This document shows, piece after piece, positions 1-13,233 of a stretch of 64,000 bases of DNA (its first letter is position 1; each line of letters starts with the position of its first letter). The notes under the pieces are model-generated. The model had not been told where the DNA came from, did not search any database, and saw nothing but the letters and a program-made list of their open reading frames with translations. Origin of the DNA: Eledone cirrhosa (lineage: Eukaryota); assembly GCA_964016885.1 (NCBI GenBank), contig OZ024742.1, positions 136,586,001 through 136,650,000 of the forward strand. The letters are read 5' to 3'. A program made the translations under genes and the position numbers.

Positions 1-2
1 AC

Positions 3-39
<37 letters not shown>

Positions 40-41
<2 letters not shown>

Positions 42-147
42 ACAACCTCTTCTGCAATCTGTCAGCAGCCCAGCTTCAGTAGTGATTTGGTTTATATAGA
101 CCCTCCTAGCCTTGCTAACAGGGAAAGTGGATGTTGATGAAGATGAT
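40..147 (+). mobile_element. Degenerate SINE 3' end (RTE-type GAT tail)
   Basis: ccttgctaacagggaaagtggatgttgatgaagatgat resembles the tail of the SINE copies at 51252-51593 and 14259-14315. Confidence 0.45.
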
Positions 148-934
148 ATATATTTATATATATATATATACATGTATGAATATATATATTCCACTACGTT
201 ATAAGTTACTATTAGATTTCTCTTGTTCCAACATTATCATGATGAATTAGTTTAACAACATAAGGACATTTTATTTATTTAGTTACTTGTATGTTTTGCT
301 CAGTTGAGCATGTTGGATATATGATGAACAATATTATTATTTTCACTGCTGTTGTACTAAGTTATCCACTACACAACTAGACTTCTACAGCTACTAATAA
401 TACTATAAAAGATTACCTATGTATATATATATATATATATATAAATATACATGATATAAATATACATGATATAAATACAATATATATCCGCATATATATA
501 TATATATACATAAATATATGTATGTAATATACATGTATATGTATGTGTTTGTGTGTATACGTATGTATGAGCATATATATAGTTGTATCCTAACACATAA
601 TCCTTCTTTTTCATGTGTAATAATTGTCTTTCATTCCATGAAAGGTAAGTCTTGTTTCTTTGAAGTTGTGTATTCAGGGTTTTTCTCATACACAACAGAA
701 ATAGGTGTCATTTTTGCTGATGCTTTTGATTTTCTCTTTCTACTTTTCGTTGCTATTTTCATTTGAAATATTTTTATTAAGAATTTTAAAGAATTGTAAT
801 AAGAACAATGTCAGCAAATCAGGCATTTATTTTGTCAAACAGGTGTCTTGCTCATAAATCTTGTCTAACACATAAATTTGTTTTCTTTCAGTAATGCATT
901 CTTTACAACAACTCTAAAAGACTACGAAATGCAA

Positions 935-935
<1 letters not shown>

Positions 936-1004
<69 letters not shown>

Positions 1005-1317
1005 GTATGTATATATAAACACATATATAAACATAATATATATATATACATATATTCATATATATATATATATACATATATGTATATATATATATATATA
1101 TATATTCATATATATATGTATATATATATATTCATATATATATATGCATACATATATGTATATATATATATATTCATATATATATACATACATATATGTA
1201 TATATGTATACATATACATATATATGCGTATGTATATATACATATACATATATATACGTATATATATATACATATATGTATATATACATATACATATATT
1301 CATTTATATATATACAT

Positions 1318-1382
<65 letters not shown>

Positions 1383-1467
1383 CATATATATATATACATA
1401 TAAACATATATATACATATATATATACATATACGCATATATATATACACATATATATATATATAAAC

Positions 1468-1506
<39 letters not shown>

Positions 1507-1546
1507 CATATATATACACATATATACACACATATATATATATACA
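936..1546. repeat. Degenerate (TA)n/(CATA)n microsatellite
   Basis: Pure TA run followed by TA interrupted by CA variants. Confidence 0.95.
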
Positions 1547-2294
1547 TTTTTATAACTACTTACTTAGTATATATATAACTATTACTACCATTTTCTTGTA
1601 ACTATGATTAGGAGAATAATATGTGGAACTATGTTAGTAGCCCTACGTTCTTATACAGATTCAGCTATGTAACTGATCAATTCACATCTATAGGGTTCGC
1701 TTTGCTCTGAGATATTTCATTTAATATTAAAATCAGTTTTCTATTTTTTTTAGATGCTTGGTGTAGATTTTTGACAGATTTCATATCTTCTTAAAATAAC
1801 TGAATGAGAAAATATGGTTAAAGTAGCGTTGCTTGAAATTCCTCTCAACGATTTATATATAGTTTTTTATATTCTCTCATTTCGATGTGTCTGATATAGA
1901 TTATGTCTGCTTTATATATTATTGATTTAACATTATACAACTGTTTATACAGGCATACATTAATATATCTGCATATACTGCTTGCTCCATGTGATTTTGT
2001 TGACTTGAATGTACTGCTGTAACTAACTACCTTTTAAACGTTTCCTATCAAAGAGTAACTTGTAACATGATTCAATTATTAAATGTTTATCTATAGAAAT
2101 TAAGAAGTCTTTGGCAATTATTTAAGTTAATGTCTAAGAATGAGGGTTTTAATTAAATGATTTCACAGAGTTTATTTTAATATTTGAATGTGGAGTTAGA
2201 GTTGTAAGGAACTTAGTCTTTAAAATAATTGCTTGCTAAGCTACTTATTACAATAAAAGGCTGCTTTATAAAGATTAACTTTTTCAAAGAGAAG

Positions 2295-2526
2295 TTAAAT
2301 ATTAGTATGTATACGTACATACACACATGTATACAGACGTACAGTAGTATGTATATATATACATGCACACATATATATATATGTACGTATGGATTTACCG
2401 AGCATTATAATAAATGGTCGGTAAATCCATACGTACATATATATATGTGTGCATGTATGTATATATATACATACTACTGTACGTCTGTATACATGTGTGT
2501 ATGTATGTATACATACTTATATTTAA
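2295..2526. repeat. Long inverted repeat (~110 bp arms, ~6 nt loop)
   Basis: ...cagacgtacagtag...gtacgtatggatttaccga is the reverse complement of tcggtaaatccatacgtac...ctactgtacgtctg...; few mismatches and small indels. Confidence 0.9.
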
Positions 2527-2858
2527 GTAACAGCCATACTAAGAGTGAGAAATGAAATTTCGTTTTCATTTTTTTCCAAGTTAAATATTCTTCTACTCAT
2601 ATTATTAATTAGATTTAGCTAAGTATACATTTTCCCCCCTTTACACTCTGATTTCAGAAAATCTTTCTTCCTTACTGAATAGGACACCTAAATATTGGAT
2701 GATATCATCAACGTATACGTGCATACATACATACATGTATGTATGTATGTTCTTCTTTTTGGTAAATATCATCTTGGTTAGGAGAGTGGGACTGGCTTTG
2801 TGCAGTGCCTTTGCTCACTATAAAAGCTTCACGGCACAGGCATTGATTTATATCTAGA

Positions 2859-3058
2859 GATCTCTCTGCACTTGTCATCACATGGTACCAAGGGCCCAGC
2901 ACTATATGTCAATAATTGTCACAAGTATAGTGTTTGTACCAGAGTTTTCAAGTCGCTGGCTGGACTAAAAAGTCACACTCGTTCAGCGCATCAGTAGGGG
3001 TTCTCCTACATGGATATAAAGTAGTGGCCGTACTCGAAAACGAGTTGGCAGCCACCAT
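2859..3058 (+). mobile_element. RTE-clade LINE 3' end relic with terminal C2H2 zinc finger, copy 1
   Basis: Frame reads [24 protein letters not shown] (stop 2995-2997), then a short 3'UTR and (TATG)n tail; near-identical copy at 48181-48380. Confidence 0.7.
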
Positions 3059-4460
3059 GTATGTATGTATGTGTGTGGGGGAGGGGGTGCATATGTGAGT
3101 TGAGGGTGGGTGGACATATATATGAATGCTGTAAAATACATTTAAGCCAAATGCCTCTCAATATAATACAAAGATGTAAAGTCTAATAGTTTTACTTAAA
3201 AGCTAGATTGACTGTCAAATCACAAACCAACTGACAGTTTCAACATCCATTAAATGAGGATATTAATAAACATTCAATCTGAAAATGTTGAGATAATGAT
3301 GAAGAAATTTTATTTTAAATTTTTCTTAATTATTTTCAGCACTTCTTTATAGAAATATTTGTTAAATTTAAACATTATCTTTTCTTAATTATTCTAATAC
3401 TAGATATAATTCTAATATATGAAAGCACTTAGAACTAAGAGACGAAACATGTTTAAATGTTATCACTTAAACCAAACACTCTACAACAGTCTTTTATTTC
3501 TATTTTAGACATGAATTTCTATTTCAAATTTTGTTATTAAATTTTGATATAATATTCATATCTATCATTGACATCATTTTTATGAAGATGCTCATTGTTT
3601 GCAAGTGTCATAAGCACTTACACAAAGGCTTTATCAACTGTCAATATTGCATTCACAGTGAAATGGACATGCTGACACACACACACACACACACTTCTTT
3701 CCTTACAGATTCTATTAGAAGGTATTAAGAGGCTATAGTAAAAGTACTGAACCTGGAACTGTGGTTCCTAAATAAAGTTTCTACATATGCAGCCACATAT
3801 GTGTCTATTTCAACCAGCAATTATATAAGAACATAGCAGTCACAATAACCAAAGTTTATTGTAGTTGATTTAAAATTATTTGTAAGATGATTATAATACA
3901 GATTTAAAAAAAAATCAGCAGCCTGACATTGTTTTAGATACATAAGTGTCAACATTTTTCAGACCATGTTTGTGTGTATATGTGCATCTCTATACACACA
4001 CTTGGTTAGATATTGTTAACACAACCTGTACATAAAGTTAATAAATTAATTATTAAAATTCTTAAAATGGAACTTATAAATAAATCACCATTTCATATTC
4101 TGAATCTATTACTGACTGTACTCAACCAATTTTACAAACGTAAAAATTAATACAAGATCAAGCTCCAAATTAATATAAACACATACGCAAGTAAGACACA
4201 GAAAATGCATTAACATAAACTGTTATCATACACACAAATCCATACATGATGTATATGCATGTAATGTGTGTGAAAATAGAGATATTCTCATTGAGATGTT
4301 TGTTTACAAATTTCAGAGTATATGTTTCTCATTCTCTTCAATAAAATACACAATAATTAGACATTCTTCTGCAGACATGCAGATACACATGCAGTGTGTA
4401 TGTGGACACATATATATAAATACAGAGATACATATATAAATATATTTATATACATACGTA

Positions 4461-4632
<172 letters not shown>

Positions 4633-4829
4633 ATCAATGTATATTTTGGGGGGAAAGGTAACATTAAGCTATTAAATGACTTTAGCGAATCTCTTCATTA
4701 ATTTAATAATTTGTTGTTGTTGTTTCTGTTATCATCATTACTCTTGCTGTCATTCTTTTATGTTTTCTGTAGTTGCTGTGGTTACGTTTGCTCTCATTTA
4801 CTGTACTTTCTCTTTTATTTAATTATACA

Positions 4830-4832
<3 letters not shown>

Positions 4833-4884
<52 letters not shown>
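4833..4884. repeat. (TG)n microsatellite
   Basis: Direct inspection. Confidence 0.97.
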
Positions 4885-4886
<2 letters not shown>

Positions 4887-5559
4887 ATGTGCCTGTGCAC
4901 TCTAGAAAACAAGAGAATCTCTTTGTATGTGTGACTTTTGTAAATATAAATACACACACACACACACATATATATATAAAATTACTTGTAGAGAAATATA
5001 CCATTGCTTTTAAGCACTCAAATCATACATCAGCAACCAAACACAATACTACCAGAACTATATACTTCCTAAATAAATTAAGAAAAACATTTAAAAATAT
5101 ATAAATTAAAAATAAATATTTGAAATAAAGTAAAATAGATCGAATGAATCACATTAAGTCCTTTAGACATTTCCGTCTGGATGAAAGTATGGCTGCTGTT
5201 GTTATTCAATTATAAATTCTTATTATTTAATTAAATATCGTTCTAAATATCATTGCGTTGAAATTATTGGTGACTCACTTTGATGTTGTTGTTGTTTGTT
5301 TCACTTCTTTGGTTTCTGTCTATTTGTTATTGTTGTTTCTATTTCTTACAGCCCACTCCTTGTATATCTGTGTTTGTATGTGATTGAGTTGGGTTTTGTT
5401 TTTTAGTTTTTGTATGTGTGTGTGTGTATGTATAAGTGAATAATGTAGGTATAAGTTCCATTATGTCCAGTTACCAATATCTTTTGTTCTAATAGCAGCA
5501 GCCACAGTAGTAGTTATTGTTATAGTTATCAATATATATAGAATCCCTTTTGCTGCAGC

Positions 5560-5745
5560 TATTGTTGTTTAGTCTCAGCTCCACCTTAAGTAAGCAGACT
5601 TATTATTAAATGTATTGTAACACAGGCCATCACATTTTTATCAATGAAATGTAGGACCACATTATCTTATATGTCCTTTCTTAACTTCACATGTTTAAAA
5701 CTGATTTGAAGGAGATTTCACTACTATTTTCAGCAGAGGCTCCCT
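5560..5745 (-). mobile_element. Degenerate unclassified SINE-like repeat
   Basis: gttgtttag...agcagact...gatttgaaggagattt is reverse-complement similar to 58725-58921 (aaatcttcttcaaatc...gtttgct...gctaaa...caacaa). Confidence 0.45.
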
Positions 5746-6208
5746 TTCATTAATACTGCTGTTTATGTTATTAATGTTGATTTGTATCATCTTCTACAAA
5801 CTCAGCCCAGCAAAATTGGCACTGGATATTTTTCAGTAAACAAGCTGTTAATAATGTCAAAACATTCATTGTTTGTGTTACTGTCCCATCAAATGTCTTG
5901 AATAGTGCAGATAGAAAGAAATATTGTACCAATAATTTTTAATATTTCAGAATATCATTCTGTTCAACTATGGATGCAATGATCCACCCACACCTTTTTG
6001 CTGCAACATCCAAAACGTAAGAAGCAGCAAAAGTGGCACTTATTTTGGTACCCTACATGAGGCATGTACCTTTAATCCAGGGCAAATTAACCCAGGATAA
6101 TCCAGTTAACTGAAGAATTGAGAGGATTAAGATATTCAATACGCCCTGAGAAAATTTATGCAACTCCCAACTTCCCATTTCCACATGCATCAGTTGAGTT
6201 TCATCAAC

Positions 6209-6372
6209 ATGCTCTGTGGTATATAGTTATGGCTCTTTATGTTCTGAGATCAAATCCTGCAGTGGTTAGCTTTGCCTTTTATCCTTACAGGGTCGATAAA
6301 ATAAAGTATCAGTGATGCACTGGGGTCAATTTAATTGACTTTCCTTTCCCTAAATCAGAAACCATTATTATT
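6209..6372 (+). mobile_element. Nin-domain SINE, degenerate and partial
   Basis: B-box-like gagatcaaatcc, Nin-like tttgccttttatccttacagggtcgataaaataaagta, TTA tail. Confidence 0.7.
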
Positions 6373-7600
6373 GAGGTAACTAATTGATTCATCATGTGCT
6401 TTAGCAACCAAATGGTTTTTTAATTATCAGAGCTATTTTGTCACATATTTTTTTACCTTCTTATGACTATTTTGTTTCTCGCTAAAATCAACTGGTGCAT
6501 GTGTTTCTGTTGGCAGGATGACCCTCCCAAACTAAAACAATATCTCTTTCAACACAATTTCATATCAAGAATGTAGCAAAGCAAATACAAAAATAAAGTA
6601 GCTTTTCTATTATTCATCCTATTCAATTTTGCTCTCTTATATCAAAGTTACTACTACTACTACAATTACTACTACCACTACCACCACCACCACCACTAAC
6701 TATACTACTACTACTGCTTCTATTAATAACGCTTGCTAGCTTAGAGTTCTGTGCTCTTCATCCCCGATCATTATTCTCAATATAATAATCCTTATACTTG
6801 GCAGAATGCTTAAGTGGTGTGGATTGCCAAAAGTATTAAAACAAAAATGACAAGCAAACAAATTAAAAAAATGATGAGAACAACAACCACGCTGATAAAA
6901 ACAACAAAAAACAGCAATAATAGTAATAATAATAAAAATAATAATAGAAATAATAATAATATCAGTAGCAACACCAAAATCTGTAGTCTATCTTCAAGTT
7001 TTCCTTTTAGCATCTTAAAATGGTTGAAGTAGAAAATTATTACTGGATTTGATTATTAAAAATTACACTGAGAATTTGTTGCTTGAAGCAATTCTGGATG
7101 TGTGTGTGTGTGTGTGTGTCAATGTGTCTGTAAAATGCATATATGAGAATAATGCATATATATGAATTACAAATACAGAAAATAGAAGCAACACTGAGAT
7201 GAGAATGTGTTACTGTAGCTGGTGCACTTGCATGTGTGTGACTACACATATGCAGTTGCACATACATACCCACAGATATGCCTTAATTTGTTACTCATAC
7301 ATTTTTGTATGATTACCTATGATGTGACATCTATAAGGTGGAACCAATGAGCACAGCCTTTCAAACCCATGCTGTATCATTCAATAAGCTAAATATTGCA
7401 ATTTGACAACATACCTGATACTGTTTAATAGAATTTTTGATAAACCAACATGTGTGAAGTATCTTGTGTCTGATGTACCAGAACCTCCTCTTTATTCACT
7501 TTGATCATGATGGAGGTGGCCATCTACAATAACAAACCCTGCATAATAATCTAGCTTATTCAGTGCACAATCCTTTCTGTTCTCTTGGGTAACACATTGG

Positions 7601-7940
7601 TCATTCATTTCATTCATTTCATTTTACGTCCGCTTTTCCCTGCTTGCAAGGGTGGGACGGGAACTGATTCTGGCTTGATTTCTACAGCTGGATGCCCTTC
7701 CTAACACCAACCTCATTTACAGTGAGTGCTGGGTGCTTTTTTCCGTGGAACCTCCACGACCACTTTGCAGTGGAATGATATGGACCCCAGTCCTATCATC
7801 TCATTTCTACAGCTGAGTAAAGTGGAGCAATGTGAAATAAAGTCTCTTGCTCAAGGAAACAACACATCACCCGGTCTGAGAATTGAACTCACAACCTTTT
7901 GATTGCAAGGCCAATGCTCTAACCACTAAGCCATGTGCCT
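7601..7940 (-). mobile_element. Full-length tRNA-derived CORE-like SINE
   Basis: Minus strand: A box tggcttagtgg, B box gagttcaattc, ccttgagcaagagacttt core, RTE-like 3' end with (aatga)n tail; highly similar to 51252-51593. Confidence 0.85.
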
Positions 7941-8004
7941 CATTGTGTTTGCTAAAAAAAATACATCAACTAATAAACAAACTCATATATATGTATATAT
8001 ATAT

Positions 8005-8270
8005 ATCATCACCACCATTTAATGTCTATTTTCAATGCTTGCATAGGTTAGACATGCAGTCATATATTGAGGCTAGATAGGTAAAATGACCACATCTTGT
8101 ACATACATCTAGTTTTTGTCTTGTTTTTTTTTTTTGGGGTTGGATCTTCCCTAATAGCAACCACCTTAGTGAGTAGACTGGGTGCTTTTTGATATGGCTC
8201 AAGTATGACCACCTTACAGGATAAACTGGCTGCTTTTATAATGGCACCAGCTCTACCACCTTACTACTAG
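8005..8270 (-). mobile_element. Degenerate SINE 3' portion with internal ~46 bp tandem duplication
   Basis: catcaccaccatttaatgtc...tgcttgcat tail; accacctta...ctgg.tgctttt..atgg unit repeated about 2.3 times. Confidence 0.5.
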
Positions 8271-8289
8271 TCTGCATACTAAGCACATT

Positions 8290-8560
8290 AACTTCCCTGG
8301 AGATATCTGGGGCGTTCCCTTTTTCTTACTGACCTTGACATTAGTAATTGGGATTGCATCAGAAATGACTCAATCCCACCAATTTTGTATCCCATAAAAG
8401 TATTGGAGTTTGTCAGAAAGTGTATAACCACAGATAGAGTGAAGACAGTGATTATGGAAGATATGAAGCTTACAAAAGTGGGTGTGATAAATGGTCCATG
8501 ATTCTGAGCCATACAAAGTGTTGTCAGTACTGCAACTTTCATTTTCACGGAAATACCTAT
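8290..8560 (-). mobile_element. RTE-clade LINE ORF fragment (post-RT region), frameshifted
   Basis: Joined frames read GISVKMKVAVLTTL / YGSESWTIYHTHFCKLHIFHNHCLHSICG / GGIESFLMQSQL, matching the RTE pattern VLTTLLYGSETWT...L..FH..CLR.I.G...IE..L..SQLRW. Confidence 0.75.
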
Positions 8561-9433
8561 ACACACACACGCGCGCGCGCATGTGTTTAAAATATTGCCC
8601 AATTGAAAATTTGAGAGTTGAATTAGTTTTTGCTGTATTTTAACTACAGAAAATAGGCTAATAACAGAGCATATAAGACCAATAATGGAAAAAAATGGGC
8701 ACTACTCATGTTCAATTCTTTTCTTATATTTGACGGAATCTCAGCAAGCTGAAAGACTGTGGTACATGAAGCTGTGCTTATATATATGTATATAAAGTGC
8801 CCCTGCAGGATAGATTAAGTAAAAGTGTGTGTGTATGTATATATATGTGTGTGTGTGTATGTGTGTGTGTGTACTACGTGTATATATATATATATATATA
8901 TATATACACTATGTGGGTCTATATTATGTTTAAGTGAACATATGTAAGGCATAACATATTTTAGTGTTGTTGGCGATGACACTTTCTGGAATTCTTGATT
9001 TTAAGGAAAATATACACCACAATTTTTTTTCCATATACATATGCACAGGCACACACACACACAGACATACGTGATAATTAACCTATTTAGACAAAATGGG
9101 CTCCCCATTTTATAATTTCTTTGTTTTATTCATTTTACTTGCCAAACTTTTATAATATTTATTTATTTTGTTTGTTGGGGGAGTGACAACTGATCCTATT
9201 AGATGAAACTAGGTATTTTGGCATCAGCTATGTACTGGGTTGGGAAGCAATAACTTCTAGAAGTCAATCACTTACAGATGGCTATTTTCCACTTCCCCCC
9301 TAAATTTACCTTACCGGAAGACATTTTTTTTTTACATTTTAATTGGAAATATTAAGAGATTCTATACAAAAATAAAATTTCCCTTTTGTAGATACTTTTT
9401 TTATTTCTCTAATTTATGTCAGCTAAATTTATA

Positions 9434-9632
9434 CCATCATCATCATCGTCCCCTAACCCCTCTCAGGGTTATTTGGTCACTACAGTGTCGAACTCTGCAC
9501 CAACTGCCTCCATCTCTGTCAGTCATGGGTGAATGCTTGGGTTGTGGCAAAGTTCTACCCCCATCCACTCAGCAATGATGTCAGTTCACTGCTTCCTTTG
9601 TCTGTCACACCTTCTTTTCCTTTTACTTGGAG
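9434..9632 (-). mobile_element. RTE (BovB-like) LINE 3' end relic
   Basis: Minus strand reads KRKRRCDRQRKQ*TDIIAEWMG..FATTQAFTHD*QRWRQLV, like the RTE C-terminal GKRRRGRQRKRW.D.I.EW.G...A.DR..WR.LV; (GAT)n tail. Confidence 0.7.
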
Positions 9633-9917
9633 AATCATCATGGAATTTATAAATATCACACTTAAACAAAACTATATATGAATACAATGAAATAAAAATA
9701 CATAATTTCATATAAATCAGATTTGCTCTCAATAGACAAGCTTCAGTATATGTTTGTATCAGCATAGTTCCTGGGGCAATGGACAAAAACAACAACAACA
9801 AAAATCTACTCATCAATTTTCCATACACCCACACAGATATATTAACCATTCATATGTTTATGTGTATGTTACATATTTGACCTATATATATATATATGCA
9901 CATACACACACACATAC

Positions 9918-9955
<38 letters not shown>

Positions 9956-10269
9956 GTCTATGTCTATCACATAGACATGTATATGTGTGTGTCCTATTTG
10001 CTTCAATTAGGCCAGCCTATATTTGATATGTGTTTAGGGGGAAATTCTGTGATACAATTTCCATAAAACATTTAATTTGCTTATTTTAACTGAACATATT
10101 AACTAACAAAGGCCAATATGACCTTTATACATTGAAACAGTACTTAGAATGATTTCCTATAGCACTATATAATATTTCCTATCATTCTCTCTCTCTCTCC
10201 CATACACATACACATATATATATATATATTTACACATACATTCACACAGACATGCACACACACACACTC

Positions 10270-10426
<157 letters not shown>

Positions 10427-10492
10427 CACTGCCACAAAATTACTGATCAACTCAACATCCCAACATGAAAATGTCAATGTAAAGTGATGTTC

Positions 10493-10530
<38 letters not shown>

Positions 10531-10999
10531 TGTGCATATGCCCTTGAAAATTGCAAATAAAATCTCAGAATGGCAACAGGGTGTAACCTCAGCTCTAAAT
10601 AAATCAACACATAAATACACAAATCACTATTTTTATGGCATTGAGTCTTATCTATTTAAAATATACCAATATTTTTTTTTTTTTTAAGGTATTTCAAGTA
10701 AAAGCCAATTATTTTGGGATATTACTGAGGAATAATTCACAAACATTAGACAGAGATGTTACTGATAATATTTAGCCAATTTCCAAAGTCACTTTGCCAA
10801 TAAGTAAGACATAGTTGGCCATTGTATTATCGAAACAAAATTATTATATAGCATTTAGAGAGGACACACTCTAATATGTTTGGCAGCCAGATGGAAACAA
10901 TATAGGCTGGATGATCACATATATGACAATCTCTTTAGTGCTGCCACCATGATAGAATATACCCAGTAGACATGGTAATGTGATGCTGTTACTGCCAAG

Positions 11000-11178
11000 A
11001 TGAACTGCACACAGTACGACATTTGGGTGTTAGGAAATGCATTCAGCCATAGAAAATATGCCAAGTATGGATCATATGAAAAAGATGAGGTTTCTTAAAC
11101 CTGTCTAGCCTTTGACTGTGGCAATCAATCCAACATTTGTCAGGATGTATGGAGGATATAAAATGATGATGATGATGC
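11000..11178 (+). mobile_element. Degenerate SINE 3' portion
   Basis: ggtgttaggaaatgcattcagccatagaaa...aaaatgatgatgatgatg matches the SINE tail family. Confidence 0.55.
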
Positions 11179-11446
11179 AGGAAGATATTAGTTCTTAAAT
11201 TAAGCATAAGGCACACAATTGAAAAATAGTAACACCAACATTAATCAGGGCTTCAAGGACAATTTTGTAGAGCAGGATGAGACTACTTTCAAGCCCTGAG
11301 TGTGTGATTGTTTCTCCTGAAAGGCGTTTATTTTCAGTGGGTCAGAAATCAGATATTCAACATACGTCCTTGGCTTTACAGGTGTCAGATTAATGTACAA
11401 GAAAGTCTGACACCAAATTATTACTTCTTATAATATTACCTGTGAA

Positions 11447-11815
11447 GGCATAAGGTCTAGTGGTAAGGGTGTTGGACTTAAGATAATAATTGTTTCTATT
11501 TGTGGCAAAAGGCCAGCAATTATCCAGTGAATTACTGGTACTTTATTTTATCGACCCCGTAAGGATGAAGGGCAAAGTTAACTGCGGCGGGATTAATGTC
11601 ATGAGTTCAATTCCTGGACTGGGTTATGTGTTGTGTTCTTGAGCAAAACACTTCATTTCACATTGCTACAATATTCTCAGTGCAATAGATGGGTATTTAA
11701 CCCTGTGATAGACTGCCCCCTGTCCGGTTTGGAGTACTCTTAGTTGCTTCACAGCATGAAAATCAGGATAAGCACCGGGCTGACAAGCCTCCAGGCTCAA
11801 AACAAACTTTAGACT
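11447..11815 (+). mobile_element. tRNA-derived CORE-like SINE interrupted by an antisense SINE
   Basis: A box ggtctagtgg at ~11454, B box gagttcaattcc at ~11603, core ttcttgagcaaaacacttcatttcacattgct. Confidence 0.7.
11483..11594 (-). mobile_element. 5'-truncated Nin-domain SINE, nested
   Basis: Near-identical to the 3' half of 12126-12319 (ggtactttattttatcgaccccgtaaggatgaagggcaaagtt). Confidence 0.85.
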
Positions 11816-12125
11816 TTTAGATAATACTATCTGCAGTGAGATGCATGGTGAAGCTACTTTTGTCTAGATTTGAACTTGTGTGCTAAAAAAAATATATATA
11901 CATATTGTAAAACATTTAATTAATCTTATCTGTCATTAACATCAATCATATGCGTTAATAACATATATTTCTCATAAAATTACCACTCTGCTTCTTCTGC
12001 ATTATCAATTATATATAAATATACTTCTTTCAAAATAAATATAGTGAGTGCATTTTTCACTTAAGGCATTAATAAATACATACAAACACACACACACATA
12101 TATAATACGATATATATATATATAA

Positions 12126-12319
12126 AATAATTGTTTCTACTTTTGGCACAAGGCCAGCAATTATCCAGTACATTACTGGTACTTTATTTTATCGACCCCA
12201 TAAGGATGAAAGGCAAAGTTAACCTCGGCGGGATTTGAACTCAGAATGGCAAGGGCCGTAACTCTATGCGTCAAAGCATGGCGTCCAACCCTCTACCGAT
12301 ACTGCCAATTCACCGCCCT
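12126..12319 (-). mobile_element. Full-length Nin-domain tRNA-SINE
   Basis: Minus strand: A box tggcagtatcgg, B box gagttcaaatcc, Nin domain ctttgcctttcatccttatggggtcgataaaataaagtacc, TTA tail. Confidence 0.88.
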
Positions 12320-12436
12320 ATTATATATATATGTATGTATAAATATATTTTATTTTCATATATATATATTAATGGGTATATATATAAATTTATATATTTC
12401 CACAAAATATAGCCTATAAATAGATAGGCTATATGT

Positions 12437-12617
12437 TTTCTTGTGAGCTGCAGATGTCACCCATTGCTCCATCTCTCGTAGTTTACCACTGTTAGTCCTT
12501 GGTTGCTTATTCATCTGGCAACTGCCCGCTTACATCTCAACTAATCATCATATCTGGTGGTCATATTGCTATCCAGTACCTGTGACCTGTTCTCTAGCTG
12601 AGCAGCTCTGCAGAGAA
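12437..12617 (-). mobile_element. Possible LINE 3' end relic (RTE-like)
   Basis: GC-richer island between TA tracts; its terminal 32 bp is duplicated in inverted orientation at 12733-12764; protein similarity weak. Confidence 0.3.
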
Positions 12618-12670
12618 TATATATATATATATATATGCATTTTTGTATACATATATTTTTATGTGAGTAT

Positions 12671-12736
12671 ATAACTTTGAATAACTTTGAAATGTTTTAG
12701 CCAGTATTGCCCCAGGCCATGTCTAACTTAATAGCA
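12671..12736 (-). mobile_element. CR1-like LINE 3'UTR fragment
   Basis: Reverse complement of ~43246-43311, including the (ttcaaagtta)x2 tail. Confidence 0.75.
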
Positions 12737-12764
12737 ATGGGTGACATCTGCAGCTCACAAGAAA

Positions 12765-12802
12765 CATATATATATGCATATATATATATAAATATATATG
12801 CA

Positions 12803-12860
<58 letters not shown>

Positions 12861-13088
12861 TATTTATATATGTATATTTATATATGGGCATATATAGATA
12901 TATATTGTTATACTTGGGCAGAGTCATATTTGTGTAATATTGCCAGAATTAATAACAGAACACACACTGTTATATAGATATATAGATATTTATATATGTG
13001 CATATTTATATATGTGCATATATAGATATATAGATATATAGATATATGCATATTTATATATGTATATTTATATATGTGCATATATATG

Positions 13089-13149
<61 letters not shown>

Positions 13150-13186
13150 AATATATATACAAGTATGTACATGTATATTTGTGTGT

Positions 13187-13233
<47 letters not shown>

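Noticed and set aside
3420-3455. gaaacatgtt as a hammerhead stem III
   Set aside because: No CTGANGA box or stem I at a suitable distance.
6810-7032. Hydrophobic Leu/Ile-rich ORF resembling a membrane protein (also 52391-52670)
   Set aside because: Product of AAT/AAC/CTA trinucleotide-rich low-complexity sequence.
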